64,000 bases of DNA from a virus: positions 1 through 64,000 of IMG/VR virus record IMGVR_UViG_3300017963_000014; one strand, written 5' to 3'. A program made the position numbers and the translations under genes. Below are positions 41,949 to 52,206 of the stretch, one piece after another (position 1 is the first letter of the stretch; each line of letters opens with the position of its first letter). The notes under the pieces are model-generated. The model ran no database searches. It saw only the letters and a list, made by a program, of their open reading frames with translations, and had not been told where the DNA came from.

Positions 41949-42776
41949 CTAGAACTCCTCCGGCGAGCCGTCGGCGTAGATAGCGAGGTACCGGTCGCGG
42001 TTCCGGAGCTCGAGGAGCCGCCGGAGGTTCTCCTCCGCCGCCTCGTAACCCGGTCCCGTCCGGAAGCCGTGAAACGCCGGCCGTAGCCGGAGCGTCCGGA
42101 GGTAGTCCTCCGGGAAGACGTGGACCCCGTCGTTCGGCCGGAGGTCCGCGAGCGGCATGCCCGGGACGCGCGGGTTTAGCTGCCGGAGTAGGACCCCGAG
42201 GAGCGCGTCCCCGTACTCGTCGCGCGCGATCGTCTCGTAGGTGTCCCCGGCCCGCGCCCGTCTGACCCGCGTGAACTGCTGCGGTACCGAGGGATCGGTC
42301 ACGACCCAGTCGACCTCCTCGTACCGGAGGAGAGTGATCGTTAGCGAGACCCCCCGGAGCGTCCCGTCCTCGCGGACCTCGTCGTAGGTTACGCCGCCGA
42401 TCGATCGGACGAGGCAGTCGAAGCGGAGCGTCGCGAGCGAGCCGAGCCCGAAGTTACAGACCGGCGGTCGCCCGAGGTCGGAGTTCCGACGAACGAGCGT
42501 CTCGAGTCGGACGAGCCGGTCCTCGACCGTGAAGTCCTCGCTGTCCGCGGCCCAGAGCTTCGCGCGGAAGGAGACCTCCTCGACCTCGCCCGATATCCAC
42601 TGGAGGATCGGCCGATCGAGACCGACGCTCTCGCCGACCGCGATCGAGCCCGCGACCGTCTTCGATAGGTCCTGCGGCGTGAACTGCCCGACTATATCGT
42701 CCCCGCGGTCGAGGTCGGTCAGGACCCAGAGCTTCGGATCCAGGCCTAGTCCTCCGATACCGGCGTTCGAGGCCAT
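41949..42776 (-). CDS. Tail tube initiator (gpU-like) plus LysM/gpX-like domain
   Basis: QFTPQ, P.LQW.SGE, GDTYETIA..EYGD...L.QLNP. Confidence 0.75.
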   Translation of the reverse strand: MASNAGIGGLGLDPKLWVLTDLDRGDDIVGQFTPQDLSKTVAGSIAVGESVGLDRPILQWISGEVEEVSFRAKLWAADSEDFTVEDRLVRLETLVRRNSDLGRPPVCNFGLGSLATLRFDCLVRSIGGVTYDEVREDGTLRGVSLTITLLRYEEVDWVVTDPSVPQQFTRVRRARAGDTYETIARDEYGDALLGVLLRQLNPRVPGMPLADLRPNDGVHVFPEDYLRTLRLRPAFHGFRTGPGYEAAEENLRRLLELRNRDRYLAIYADGSPEEF

Positions 42777-42781
42777 TTACC

Positions 42782-45283
42782 CTAACCTCCCGCCCCGACC
42801 GGGGAGAGGTTCCCCGAGAGTAGGAGCGAGCGGTCGCCCGGTCGGAGTCGACCGCCGCGCTCGAGCTCGTCGAGCTGCACCTCCGCTACCGCCCGCGCGA
42901 GCTCGCGCCCGTCGACGGTTAGCGGGACCTCGATCCGGTAGGTTCCCCCGCCCCCGCCCGCGGACGCCGGGGAAGGCGATACCCGCCCGGGGTCCCCGGT
43001 ACCGAGCGCTCCCGCGGTAGCCGCCCCGAGGAGTCCCCCGGGGGTTCGCGAGGTTACCGCCGCCGCGAGCTCCGCGCGGTCGAGTAGGACGTCGCCGGGG
43101 GAGGCGTTAACGTACCCGCCGGAGCGGACGAGCGCATCGCCCGCCGGAGCCGGGGTCGGGGTCGTCTTAGCCGGGCGCGTCGCGGGGAACCGCGCGAGCT
43201 GCGTCGAGATCGACGCTAGCGCCCCCGCGATCTGCTCCTGCGTGAAGTTGTTCCTCCGGAGCGTCTCCGCGATCTTCGCCTCCGCGAAACCGCGCGTAAC
43301 CGCCCGGCGCTCTCCCCCGGCCTCCGTAACGAACCCGCTCTTGATCCCCGCGAGGTTCGCCGAGATCTGCCGCGCGGTCGTCTTCGCGACGTCCTCCGGA
43401 CTCGCCGCCGCCTGCCGGAACCCCTTCCCCCCGAGCGCCTGCGAGAAGAACCGCCCGAGGTCCCCGGAGCGTATCTCGTTGTAGAGATCGATTATCGCGC
43501 GCCAGCCCGCGACGACGCGCTCGATCACCTTCAGGATCGCGGCGAAGGCGGCCCCGACGACGGTTCCGAAGGTCTTCCAGCCCTCGGTCGAGCCCTGCAC
43601 CCCCAGGATCGAGGCGAGGAGTCGACCGAACGCGCGCCCGAGCCCCTTGATCTGATTCCAGAGTTCGCCGAGGACGCCCGATCCGGAGATCGCGTTCGTG
43701 AATCCTTGCCAGAGCGCGCGAGCGTTGTCCAACCCCATCGATAGCGCCAGGAGAGCGCCGACGATCCCGACCGGACCGAGGATACCGAGGAGCGGCCCCA
43801 GGATCTTCACGACCCCGAGGGCGATACTCCCGAAGCCCCCGAGAAGCTTAGTTACCCCGAAGAGCGCGATCGAGACCGGTCCGATCGCCGCGAGTAGTAG
43901 GGCGAACTTCGTAACTACCGCCGCGATTCCCCGAGCTCCGGAGTCGCCGGTGAAGCCGAACCACTTCGCTACGCTCTTCAGCGAAGCGATCACGCTCGAG
44001 ATCGCGGACTTCGCCGCCTCGAAACCCTCCTTGATCCCCTTCGCGATCTCGAGGTAGACGGGCGGCATCTTCTCGAGGATCGCGAGCGTCTTCGGGTCCG
44101 TTATCTGCTCGCCCTGCACGACCCGGAGCGCTACCGAGAGGTTCGAGAGCATCAGCGTGATCCTCGCGATCCCGCTGGAAAACCCGCTCCCTACGAACGT
44201 GAAGAGCGCGTTATTCGTCGCCTCGAGCGCGGAGCGGAAGAGGACGATCTTCTGCGAGAGGGGGAGCATCATAATCTCGACCATCGTCTTCGCGGTCGCG
44301 CCCGTCTCCTTCCGGAGCTCCGCTAGCGTCTTGTTGAACTTAGCTAGGTTCGCCTTATCGAGCGCGCTCCCGATCGCGAGCCCGCGTACCCCGAAGATCT
44401 TCGCCGCGATCGCGGCCCGCTTCGACCGCTTCTCGAACTTCCCGAGCTTGTTGGTAATCGCCGTAAAGAGCCCGACGACGTCCCCTTGGTCGATAAGCTC
44501 CGAGACGACGTCCATCGAGATCCCGAGCTGCGCGATCCCGCTCTTCGCCTCCTTCGTCGGCTTGATCAGCCTCGTTATCGCCGTCCGGAAGGCGGTCCCG
44601 GAGAGGGTAGCCTTCAGGCCGATATCTGCGAGCGAACCTAGGATCGCCGCCGTGTCCGCTAGCGGCGCCCCGACCTGCCGCGCCGAGACGCTCGCGAACT
44701 TTAGCCCCTGCTGGAGCTCGGACATATTCGTGTTCGTCCGCGCCGAGGTCAGCGCGAGGACGCCCGCGACGCTCGCCGCCTCCTTCGCGTCGATCGAGAA
44801 GCCGCGTAGGTTCGAGGCGACCATATCCGCGGCCTCCGCGAGTCCGATCCCCTCGGCCGCCGCCGCGGCTAAGGTACCCTCGACCGCGCCGGCGACCTCG
44901 TCGACCTCGAGGCCGGCGCGCTTAAGGGCGGTCATCGCGTCGACTGCCTCGGAGGCGGAGAACTTCGTCGTCGCGCCCATCGTCTTCGCGAGGGACTCGA
45001 GGCCCTTCGTCATATCCCCGGTCGTGTCGAGCGAGACCGCGCGGAGCTTGCTCATCGCGGTCTCGAACTTCATCCCGTCGCGGAGCATCAGACCGAAGGC
45101 GGCGGTAACGGGGGCGGAGGCGAGCGCGATCGAGCCGAGCCCGCGCCCGACGAACGCGGCGCCCCTCCCGATCCCCGCGAACTGCGTCTTTAGCGCGGAG
45201 GCGGCTCGACCGAGGCGCCCCATCGCGGCGGTCGCCCCCTTGTCGACGAACTCGAGGATCGCGGCGAGACCGAACTTCCTCAT
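42782..45283 (-). CDS. Tape measure protein (TP901-type core)
   Basis: FETAMSKLRAV, AKTMGATTKFSASE..DAM..L.RAG, helical A/G-rich repeats. Confidence 0.92.
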   Translation of the reverse strand: MRKFGLAAILEFVDKGATAAMGRLGRAASALKTQFAGIGRGAAFVGRGLGSIALASAPVTAAFGLMLRDGMKFETAMSKLRAVSLDTTGDMTKGLESLAKTMGATTKFSASEAVDAMTALKRAGLEVDEVAGAVEGTLAAAAAEGIGLAEAADMVASNLRGFSIDAKEAASVAGVLALTSARTNTNMSELQQGLKFASVSARQVGAPLADTAAILGSLADIGLKATLSGTAFRTAITRLIKPTKEAKSGIAQLGISMDVVSELIDQGDVVGLFTAITNKLGKFEKRSKRAAIAAKIFGVRGLAIGSALDKANLAKFNKTLAELRKETGATAKTMVEIMMLPLSQKIVLFRSALEATNNALFTFVGSGFSSGIARITLMLSNLSVALRVVQGEQITDPKTLAILEKMPPVYLEIAKGIKEGFEAAKSAISSVIASLKSVAKWFGFTGDSGARGIAAVVTKFALLLAAIGPVSIALFGVTKLLGGFGSIALGVVKILGPLLGILGPVGIVGALLALSMGLDNARALWQGFTNAISGSGVLGELWNQIKGLGRAFGRLLASILGVQGSTEGWKTFGTVVGAAFAAILKVIERVVAGWRAIIDLYNEIRSGDLGRFFSQALGGKGFRQAAASPEDVAKTTARQISANLAGIKSGFVTEAGGERRAVTRGFAEAKIAETLRRNNFTQEQIAGALASISTQLARFPATRPAKTTPTPAPAGDALVRSGGYVNASPGDVLLDRAELAAAVTSRTPGGLLGAATAGALGTGDPGRVSPSPASAGGGGGTYRIEVPLTVDGRELARAVAEVQLDELERGGRLRPGDRSLLLSGNLSPVGAGG

Positions 45284-45502
45284 CTACCGACTCCTCGCGC
45301 GCCCCCCGCGGGGCGGTCTCCTCCGCCGCCTCTCCGCCGCTTCCCGCGAGCGCTTCAGACGCGCGAGCGTCCAGCGGCGTTTCTCCGGGCTCATCGCCCG
45401 GACGTCCTCGCTCCGGATAGCACCCCCGGAGCCTACGAGAATCGCGAACTCCTCCTCCCAGAGCTGCTCCCGCGGCGTTACCGGGAGGAACTCGCGAAAA
45501 AA
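45284..45502 (-). CDS. -1 frame extension of tail assembly chaperone (gpGT-like)
   Basis: Reached by slippage at T TTT TTC (45502-45496): FFREFLPVTPREQLWEEEF...MSPEKRRW. Confidence 0.75.
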   Translation of the reverse strand, partial: FFREFLPVTPREQLWEEEFAILVGSGGAIRSEDVRAMSPEKRRWTLARLKRSREAAERRRRRPPRGGRARSR

Positions 45503-46377
45503 ACGTCGTACGTCCAGGGGATCGCCGCGGTGAAGGTATCCCCGCACTTCGGGCAGCGGTCGGAGACCTGCATCACCGGCCCGCCGCCGAGCGCGTCGAT
45601 CTCGGAGACGACGCGGTTGATCTCCCGGGTCCTCATCGTCCGGAGGTGCTCCGCCGTGAGGAACGTCGGCCCCGCGGGCGCGCCCTCGATCCCGACGACC
45701 CCGCTCGAGATCATCGCGAGCTTCAGCTTCGCGGCGTTCGAGAACATCCCGGGGTTGTCCTCGATCATCGCCCAGCGGACGGGCGCGATCTTCAGTACCT
45801 TCAGTCGCTTGCCCGCGAACTCTACCCCGTGCTCGAGCTCTACCCGCCCCTCCGGAACCTCGTCGAAGGTCTTGACCTCGATCGTCCGGAGGTCGGCCGA
45901 GAACTTCGGGATCTCGTACCCGCAGCGGTCGCACTCGACGTCCTTGAGCTTTAACTCCACGCCCTCGGCCGCGATCCGGACCCAGACGTAGGCGTAGAGG
46001 GCGTCGGCGAAGAAGAGGCGGCGAACGAGGAGCCGCCGCTGACTCCGCTTCAGCTCCCGGACGTCGATCGTCCCGACGCGGGTTAGGCCGGCGGCGATCA
46101 CCTCGGACATATAGGTCGCGAGGTTTATCTTCCGATCCTTCTCCGAGATCTCGCCGAGCGACTCCTCGACCGCGTAGTTCCAGTCGACGACCTCGAAGTC
46201 CGCGTGCTTCGTCCCGTCCGCGTCTACGAACCCCGTCGGGAACCGCTTCCCGAGCTCGTCGAGCGTCGGGAGCTTCGCCCCCGAGCTAGACGGGTCGCCG
46301 TCGAGCCGCGCGAGCTCCGGCGGAACCGGTCCCAGCGGTCCCGGGTCCGTCCTCTCCTCCGTCGATTCGTTCTGCAT
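45478..46377 (-). CDS. Tail assembly chaperone with two CxxC motifs
   Basis: Between tube and tape measure; CDRC and CPKC; ends DVFF at a slippery site. Confidence 0.75.
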   Translation of the reverse strand: MQNESTEERTDPGPLGPVPPELARLDGDPSSSGAKLPTLDELGKRFPTGFVDADGTKHADFEVVDWNYAVEESLGEISEKDRKINLATYMSEVIAAGLTRVGTIDVRELKRSQRRLLVRRLFFADALYAYVWVRIAAEGVELKLKDVECDRCGYEIPKFSADLRTIEVKTFDEVPEGRVELEHGVEFAGKRLKVLKIAPVRWAMIEDNPGMFSNAAKLKLAMISSGVVGIEGAPAGPTFLTAEHLRTMRTREINRVVSEIDALGGGPVMQVSDRCPKCGDTFTAAIPWTYDVFFASSSR

Positions 46378-46523
46378 CTCGTTCCCTCCAGTCGGGACCC
46401 TCCGCGGGTCCGTTGCGAGGTCTAAAGGTCCGCTCCCCCCGCGGTCGCCCCGGTCGCCGGCGCCGTCCCCCGGGAGGGAGACGACTTACCCGGTCCGTGG
46501 GCGCCCCGCGCGCCAACGAGCGA

Positions 46524-46961
46524 CTAGATCGGGAGGATCCGGTCGCCCTTGAACGTCCAGGTCGTCACGTCGAGATCGCCCTCGTTCTCCATCTCGAGGT
46601 CCGCGGTTTCTCTCATCGACGGGAACGTCCCGAGGAGGTTGTAGCTCTTGACCTGGAGGTTCGAGACGGAGCGCTTCAGGAGCGTCGCCGCCCGCTTGTA
46701 CCCCGGCGTCCCGAGCTGCGCCGCGAGGAACCAGGCCTCGAGGTACGCGTTCTCGACCGCGTGGTGTGTCGGGTGCGTCGCCGTCGTCTCGAAGCTCTTC
46801 GTGTTACCGCCGCTCGCGACCGTCCGGTCCGGGAGGTCGACGGTCTCGAGCTCCTCGGGGATCCCGTCGAAGGTCACGAACGTCAGGATCGGCGGACCGC
46901 CGACGACGATCAGCTCGTAGTTGTTGACCGGAATATGGTCTGGAAGGATCATACCTTTCAT
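46524..46961 (-). CDS. Tail tube protein (T4 gp19-like)
   Basis: 145 aa after the sheath; YKR.ATL, YNL.GTFPS. Confidence 0.8.
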   Translation of the reverse strand: MKGMILPDHIPVNNYELIVVGGPPILTFVTFDGIPEELETVDLPDRTVASGGNTKSFETTATHPTHHAVENAYLEAWFLAAQLGTPGYKRAATLLKRSVSNLQVKSYNLLGTFPSMRETADLEMENEGDLDVTTWTFKGDRILPI

Positions 46962-47039
46962 TTCGCGACCCTCTCTCCTTCTCGCCCCCTATCCCGGGGG
47001 ACGGTTTCTCCGCGCGCGGGTCTCCCTCCGGATCGCCGC

Positions 47040-47351
47040 CTACTGCTCGGCGAAGAACCGGAAGACGCCGTCGGCGGCGTTAACGTCGTCGGCGCCGCCG
47101 AGCGAGAAGCCGGTCGGGAGCAGCGTCGGTCCGCCGGTCGTCTCGAGCGTCCGGGTACCGTCGGCGGCGGTCTTGAAGTAGCTCCCGTCCGCCATACCCT
47201 CGAGGTGCTCGACCTTCACGAGCGCGGTCTCGGTCCGCTCGATCGTCAGTCGCCGGGGCTTGAACCCGACCTTGTCCTCGGCGATCACCAGGGGCGCGAC
47301 GCCCGTTCCGACGTAGCTCCCGCTCACGTTCCGTGCGATTCCGCTAGCCAT
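47040..47351 (-). CDS. Hypothetical virion protein (103 aa)
   Basis: GSYVGTG...GFKP motif; AAGGAG RBS; between sheath and tube. Confidence 0.6.
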   Translation of the reverse strand: MASGIARNVSGSYVGTGVAPLVIAEDKVGFKPRRLTIERTETALVKVEHLEGMADGSYFKTAADGTRTLETTGGPTLLPTGFSLGGADDVNAADGVFRFFAEQ

Positions 47352-47423
47352 CGTAACTCTCTCTCCTTTCGCTCCCCCGCGCGGGGGAGGGGTTCCGATT
47401 CGAAGTATACCCGCCAGGGGGCT

Positions 47424-49778
47424 CTAGACGACCGCGTCGAAGATCCCGGCGCGTCCGATCACGACGCGGAACCGCTCGACGGTGTCGGCGAGCTTCAGCG
47501 TCAGCTCCGCGTTAAGGTCCCCGTCCGCGAGCGTCGCGTCCGTGTTGTTCTCGGAGTCGATCTTCAGCTCGAACGCCTCGCCGTCGAACTTCCGACCGCG
47601 GAGCGCGCCCTTAACCCACTCCGGGAGGAAGTAGTCGCGGAAGGAGGTCGCGACGCGCTGCCAGGCGGTCTCGTTGTTGATCGCGAAGACGATCCAGTCG
47701 AAGTTCTCCCGAATCACGTTCTCGTAGTGCGACATCTGGCACCGCTGGTGGTACCACCTCCACTCGCTCGTCGGCGAGAGCGTCCGGTCGCCCCAGATAA
47801 TAACGACGCCCTGCCGGAACTTCACGACGTTCAGCCCCTGCGGGTTCAGCCGCTCCTCGTCGAGCTCCGGCTGCGTCTCCGCGTCCCCGGTCGGGAGCTC
47901 GAGGACCTCCGGAAGCGTTACCTCGATCCCCGCCGGCGCCTTGTGGTACCCCTCGTACTGCCGCGCGACGAGCGCCTCGCGGCCGAGGATCATCCCGACG
48001 AGGGTCTGCTCCTTCAGCGGCGTGACCTCCGCCCCCGGCGTCGCGTCCGGGTCCGGGACCGAGCCGAATGAAGGCCAGTCCGTCGAGGCGTACTCGGAGC
48101 GGCCGAGGGTACCGTTGACCCAGTCGATCGCCTCGGCCTCGGTCGTGTACTGCTTCGGAACCTGGACCTTGAAGCTGTAGTTCCGCGCCGCCGCGTACTC
48201 GACCCCCGAGCGCTGGAGTGTCGCGGAGGTCAGGCCCGGGGTAGCGAGCTTCACGAGCCCCTTGTTCTTCCCGAAGATCTTGTTCAGCGTCGAGACGTTC
48301 GGGTCGAACGCGTCGAGGAAGTCCGCGTCCGTTACCGGCGACCCGTTGTGCCCGCCCTCGAACTCCTGCGCGTACTCGAGCAGGAAGAGGTCGCCCGCGG
48401 CGATCGAGCCGCCGTCGGTGAGGTCGAGGCCGGCGCGAACCGAGACGCTGTCCCGGTCGTTGGCGTCGATCCGGAACGCGAGGTTCGGCGTCCCGACGAA
48501 GTCGGGGTAGACGAGCCCGCCGACGAGCTCGTCCGGGATCAGCGCGAGGACCTCGATCACGACCTCGTCGCCGTCGACGAGGGCGGTCCCGCCGTTCGTC
48601 ACGGTCACGGTCCCGATCTCGGGACCGAGGTTAGTAGCTACGCCGGTGAACGCGGCCTGGAGGACGTCGAGCGGACCGATCGAGGTAGTCCAGCGGATAT
48701 CCGCGCCCGCGTTCTCGACCGTCCCCGTGAGGATCTGCGACCGAACCGCCGCGCCCTTGACGAAGACCGTCGTCGGGTCCGCCCCCGCGACCGGGGAGTC
48801 TACCGTGACGTCCGGGTCCGGAAGCGTGAGCGTGAGCGCCGTCAGCGTCTTGCTCTGCCCGTAGAAGTTCGCCGGCCGGACCGCCGCGACGGTCTTGTCC
48901 CCGACGTAGAGGTCCTCGGCGAAGATCTCCCGGTTCGACGGGTCCTGGTTGATCACGTTAACCCAGTAGTTCGCCTTCGTCGGGTCGGTCGAGAGGTTCC
49001 GGTACCGACTCGAGACCTCGGCGCCGTCGACGAATACGCGGAGCGAGAACTCGGTCGAGGGGTTCTCGTCGCCGTCGCCGACGATAACCGCGAGGTGATC
49101 GTCGTTACCGAGGTAGTCGACGTTATCGCGCGTCAGGACGTAGCGGTTCGCCGGGCTTCCACCGCCGGCGGCCCAGTCCGCGGCGAGGTCCTGGTCCGCC
49201 TCGACCGAGATTACGCCCGCGGCGGTATTCCCTACGATCCGGTAGGTCTTCGTCGTGACCTTCTTGAGGTCGAGCGTTCCGCCGGCCCACTCGTTCTCGA
49301 TCATCGCGTCGCCGGTGTCGAGCGTCGTCGCCGTTAGGTCGCCGCCGCCGGTGATCTCGTCGATATACGTCTCGCGCCGACCGCCCCAGACCCCGCCGTT
49401 CTTCGCGTAGAGCTTCCCGAGGACCTTTCGACCGGAGGCGGGCGGCGCCGCCGTCCCCTGCCGGGTGTAGAGCGTGAGCTCCGCCCGCTTCTCGTCGCCG
49501 GCCGTGACGCGGTACGGGATCAGCTCGCCCGCGCCGCGCCCCATCTTGTAGAAGTCCTGCGCCGCCTTCGGCGCGTCCCCCTGCGGGATCCTCCCTCCGT
49601 ACCGACGGTCGAAGTCGATCCGACCCGAGGGGAACCCGGGCTCGCCCACCTCGCCCCGCTCGTACTCGCCGAGTAGGACGGTAACGCCGAGGGGGGCCTC
49701 CTGGATCTCCTTCTGCGCCTCCCGCTCCTCGACCGAGACGCCGGCTCCTTTCACGGGCCCGAATCTTCTAACGGTCAT
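47424..49778 (-). CDS. Contractile tail sheath protein
   Basis: GV.VEE N-terminus; HKAPAG, LNPQGLN, IWGDRTLS, W.VF..N...W, GALRG. Confidence 0.93.
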   Translation of the reverse strand: MTVRRFGPVKGAGVSVEEREAQKEIQEAPLGVTVLLGEYERGEVGEPGFPSGRIDFDRRYGGRIPQGDAPKAAQDFYKMGRGAGELIPYRVTAGDEKRAELTLYTRQGTAAPPASGRKVLGKLYAKNGGVWGGRRETYIDEITGGGDLTATTLDTGDAMIENEWAGGTLDLKKVTTKTYRIVGNTAAGVISVEADQDLAADWAAGGGSPANRYVLTRDNVDYLGNDDHLAVIVGDGDENPSTEFSLRVFVDGAEVSSRYRNLSTDPTKANYWVNVINQDPSNREIFAEDLYVGDKTVAAVRPANFYGQSKTLTALTLTLPDPDVTVDSPVAGADPTTVFVKGAAVRSQILTGTVENAGADIRWTTSIGPLDVLQAAFTGVATNLGPEIGTVTVTNGGTALVDGDEVVIEVLALIPDELVGGLVYPDFVGTPNLAFRIDANDRDSVSVRAGLDLTDGGSIAAGDLFLLEYAQEFEGGHNGSPVTDADFLDAFDPNVSTLNKIFGKNKGLVKLATPGLTSATLQRSGVEYAAARNYSFKVQVPKQYTTEAEAIDWVNGTLGRSEYASTDWPSFGSVPDPDATPGAEVTPLKEQTLVGMILGREALVARQYEGYHKAPAGIEVTLPEVLELPTGDAETQPELDEERLNPQGLNVVKFRQGVVIIWGDRTLSPTSEWRWYHQRCQMSHYENVIRENFDWIVFAINNETAWQRVATSFRDYFLPEWVKGALRGRKFDGEAFELKIDSENNTDATLADGDLNAELTLKLADTVERFRVVIGRAGIFDAVV

Positions 49779-49813
49779 CTCCGATTCCTCCTGTCTGGAG
49801 AGACGCGCTCATC

Positions 49814-51148
49814 CTAGTGCGTCTCGGGGGTCGAGGCGGGGACCGGGGCCCCGCTCGCGAGCGCGTCCGACTCCCGCCGGGAGTCGACGTTCGCCCAGGT
49901 GGTCTTGACGGCGAGCACGCCGAAGGTGTCTCGCTCCGGCCGGAGCTGCGCGGCGACGTCTACGAGGTCGAACCGGGTCTTGAACGCCCGGACGTCCCCG
50001 ACGTCGCCCTCGATCGGAACGGCCGAGAATTGCTCACGAAGTATCGTTCTAAACCGCCGGTCCGTCGCCCTCGAGCGAACGAAGGGTCCGACCTCTCCGG
50101 GCGGCCCGGCGACGATCGCGCGGGTCGCGGCCTCGAGTAGACCCGCCTGCTCCCGGCTCCTGTCGGTTCGGAGCTCCATCTCTATCCGGTAGGTCGTTCG
50201 GTGCGGGGGCAGGATCTCAACGGCTTCTCCGGTGTCACTCCGTACGGTACCCCTCGCCGCGAACGCCGGGTAATCGGATGAGGAGACCGAGTCCGCGTCC
50301 CGTAGCGCGACCTGCGGGACCTTCCCGATCTCGAGGAAGTCCTCCGAGGTGTCCCAGGCGACGACCGGGCGGACCCGTAGGACGGGGTAGGGGACGCCGC
50401 CGACCGGGATCGGGGCGGAGAGCGAAATTACCCGCGTCCCCGGGTCGTACGAGGCGAGGAGGTCGACGAGGAGGTTCGGGTCGTTCGAGAGGTCGTACAC
50501 CTCCTCGACGTCGACTATCTGTAAACCCGCGTCGTCGCGGTAGTCGTCGAGATCGATCGAGGCGACCGGAGCGGTAACCACCGGCGGTAGCGCGAGCCGG
50601 AGCCGGAAGTCGAGCGCCTCCTGGTAGGTCGCGGTCAGGGAGTCGACGAGGGCGTCGGCGTACCAGTCGACGGTACCCTCCCAGAGGAGGGAGAGGCAGG
50701 CGACGGAGGGGGTAACGCGGTCGTCGGTCGTCCGGAGGTTTAGGACCGGCGCGAACTCCCGCGTCGACTTTACGTCGTACGTCGGGAGCGCCGCGTTAAG
50801 CTCCTCGATCGTGTTCCACTCCCCCGGGTTCGGGGCGCGCCAGGAGCCGCCGTCGAAGTAGAACTCCCCCGCGCCGTCGAAGAGCCGGAACCCGACGGAG
50901 GTCCCCTCCGGGAGCTCGGCCTCGAGCTGCGCGATCAGGAGCTTTCGAACCGCCTCCGGCCGGGCTATCGGCGGGCGGACGTAGAGGTCGGCGTCGGTCG
51001 GGTAGCGGAAGGCGGCGTTTAGCTTCAGCTCCGCGCGGAAGGTCCGGGGGTCGACCCGGACCTTCGCCGGGTCGGAGAGGGTACTCCCCGCGATCGCGTC
51101 GAAGCCGCGGCCGGGTTCCCAGTAGAAGTCGGTGATTACTCGACTCAT
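49814..51148 (-). CDS. Probable tail completion/terminator protein with N-terminal extension
   Basis: Position directly before the sheath; P.VALRD and YRIEMEL pattern. Confidence 0.5.
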   Translation of the reverse strand: MSRVITDFYWEPGRGFDAIAGSTLSDPAKVRVDPRTFRAELKLNAAFRYPTDADLYVRPPIARPEAVRKLLIAQLEAELPEGTSVGFRLFDGAGEFYFDGGSWRAPNPGEWNTIEELNAALPTYDVKSTREFAPVLNLRTTDDRVTPSVACLSLLWEGTVDWYADALVDSLTATYQEALDFRLRLALPPVVTAPVASIDLDDYRDDAGLQIVDVEEVYDLSNDPNLLVDLLASYDPGTRVISLSAPIPVGGVPYPVLRVRPVVAWDTSEDFLEIGKVPQVALRDADSVSSSDYPAFAARGTVRSDTGEAVEILPPHRTTYRIEMELRTDRSREQAGLLEAATRAIVAGPPGEVGPFVRSRATDRRFRTILREQFSAVPIEGDVGDVRAFKTRFDLVDVAAQLRPERDTFGVLAVKTTWANVDSRRESDALASGAPVPASTPETH

Positions 51149-51741
51149 AACCCGTTAAGGGTAGCTTTGACGGACTCGCCGAAGGCTAACTCAATGCGGG
51201 GGACCGCGGCCTCGAACGGCTCCCGGAGGAAGGGGCGACCGCGGACGCGCCAGGTCCGCGCGCCCTCGCCGCCCTTCCCCTCGAACCGGACCTTCCCGCC
51301 CCGGCGCTTCCGGAGCTCGGCGAAGACCGCGGCCCGGACCTTCTCCGTGACGCGGATCACGAACCCCTCGTGAAGCGAGACCGCGACGTCGACGAGTCCC
51401 CGACCCCCGGCGTTCCGCGCGGTCCGGAGCACGCCGACGGCGCCGCGGAGCCGGACCGCGACCGCGTTCGAGCCCTTCGCGCTGACCCCCGTCCGGATCC
51501 CCGCCCGGAGGTCGCCGCGGTCAACGAGCGGGCGAGAGCTACCCTTGATTAGGACCGTGAGCGGGGAGTTCGGAACCCCGTGCCGCTCCCCGTCGATGTA
51601 CCCGACGACGTCCCGGCGGAGGAGCTCGACCTGCCGCCTCATCTCCCGCCGGACCTTCTTCCGGAACTCCCTCCGAGCCCGCTTAGGTTCGAGGAAGCGG
51701 AGGAACTTAGCCCAGTCTCCGCCGAGACGGAACTTAAGCAC
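51145..51741 (-). CDS. Virion morphogenesis/neck protein (HK97 gp10/gpG-like)
   Basis: PNSPLT..IKGSSRPLVDRGDL, GRPFL. Confidence 0.75.
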   Translation of the reverse strand: MLKFRLGGDWAKFLRFLEPKRARREFRKKVRREMRRQVELLRRDVVGYIDGERHGVPNSPLTVLIKGSSRPLVDRGDLRAGIRTGVSAKGSNAVAVRLRGAVGVLRTARNAGGRGLVDVAVSLHEGFVIRVTEKVRAAVFAELRKRRGGKVRFEGKGGEGARTWRVRGRPFLREPFEAAVPRIELAFGESVKATLNGL

Positions 51742-52195
51742 CCCCGCCCCCGAGCCGGTCCGTGAACTGGACCTCGAGCAGCGTCAGCCCGTCCTGGTCC
51801 GGGTACCCCGCGACGTCCCGGAACCAGGCGATGTACAGCGAGGTCGAGCGGCGTCCGACCCGGGAGATCCGATCCCCGCGGGAGAGGAAGATCGTCAGGG
51901 TCCCGTCCGGGTTCTCCTCCGCGAGGTTCCAGGCGAGGAGGTCGACGACGCGGAAGAGGAGGTAGCCGGCCCACTTCTCCTCGACGCCGGCGGGGTGGTA
52001 GTCCGGCTTCCGGATACTCCCCCGGTTGTAGTCGACCTGCGCCTCGACCTCGACCGGTTCCCCGAGCCCGGGCCCGCCGCCGAGCCGCCAGACCTGCCGG
52101 ACCGGCTCCCGCGCGACGGGGTCGAAGACGGTAGAGCCCTCGACCTTGCGCTCGAGGACGACCGGGAGCGGGTGAATTAGATTAGGGACGGGCAA
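51734..52195 (-). CDS. Head closure/stopper protein
   Basis: Position, size, beta-rich, RGDRI. Confidence 0.55.
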   Translation of the reverse strand: MPVPNLIHPLPVVLERKVEGSTVFDPVAREPVRQVWRLGGGPGLGEPVEVEAQVDYNRGSIRKPDYHPAGVEEKWAGYLLFRVVDLLAWNLAEENPDGTLTIFLSRGDRISRVGRRSTSLYIAWFRDVAGYPDQDGLTLLEVQFTDRLGGGGA

Positions 52196-52206
52196 TTCCG
52201 ATTCTC

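Noticed and set aside
28293-48071. Long plus-strand ORFs (e.g. 28293-30065, 44157-45533, 46413-48071) and many R/P/G-rich alternative-frame ORFs
   Set aside because: Shadows of well-supported minus-strand genes in high-GC DNA; no motifs or RBS.
37175-49778. Stand-alone contractile injection system or tailocin
   Set aside because: Portal, protease, capsid, neck and replication genes are contiguous, so this is a phage.
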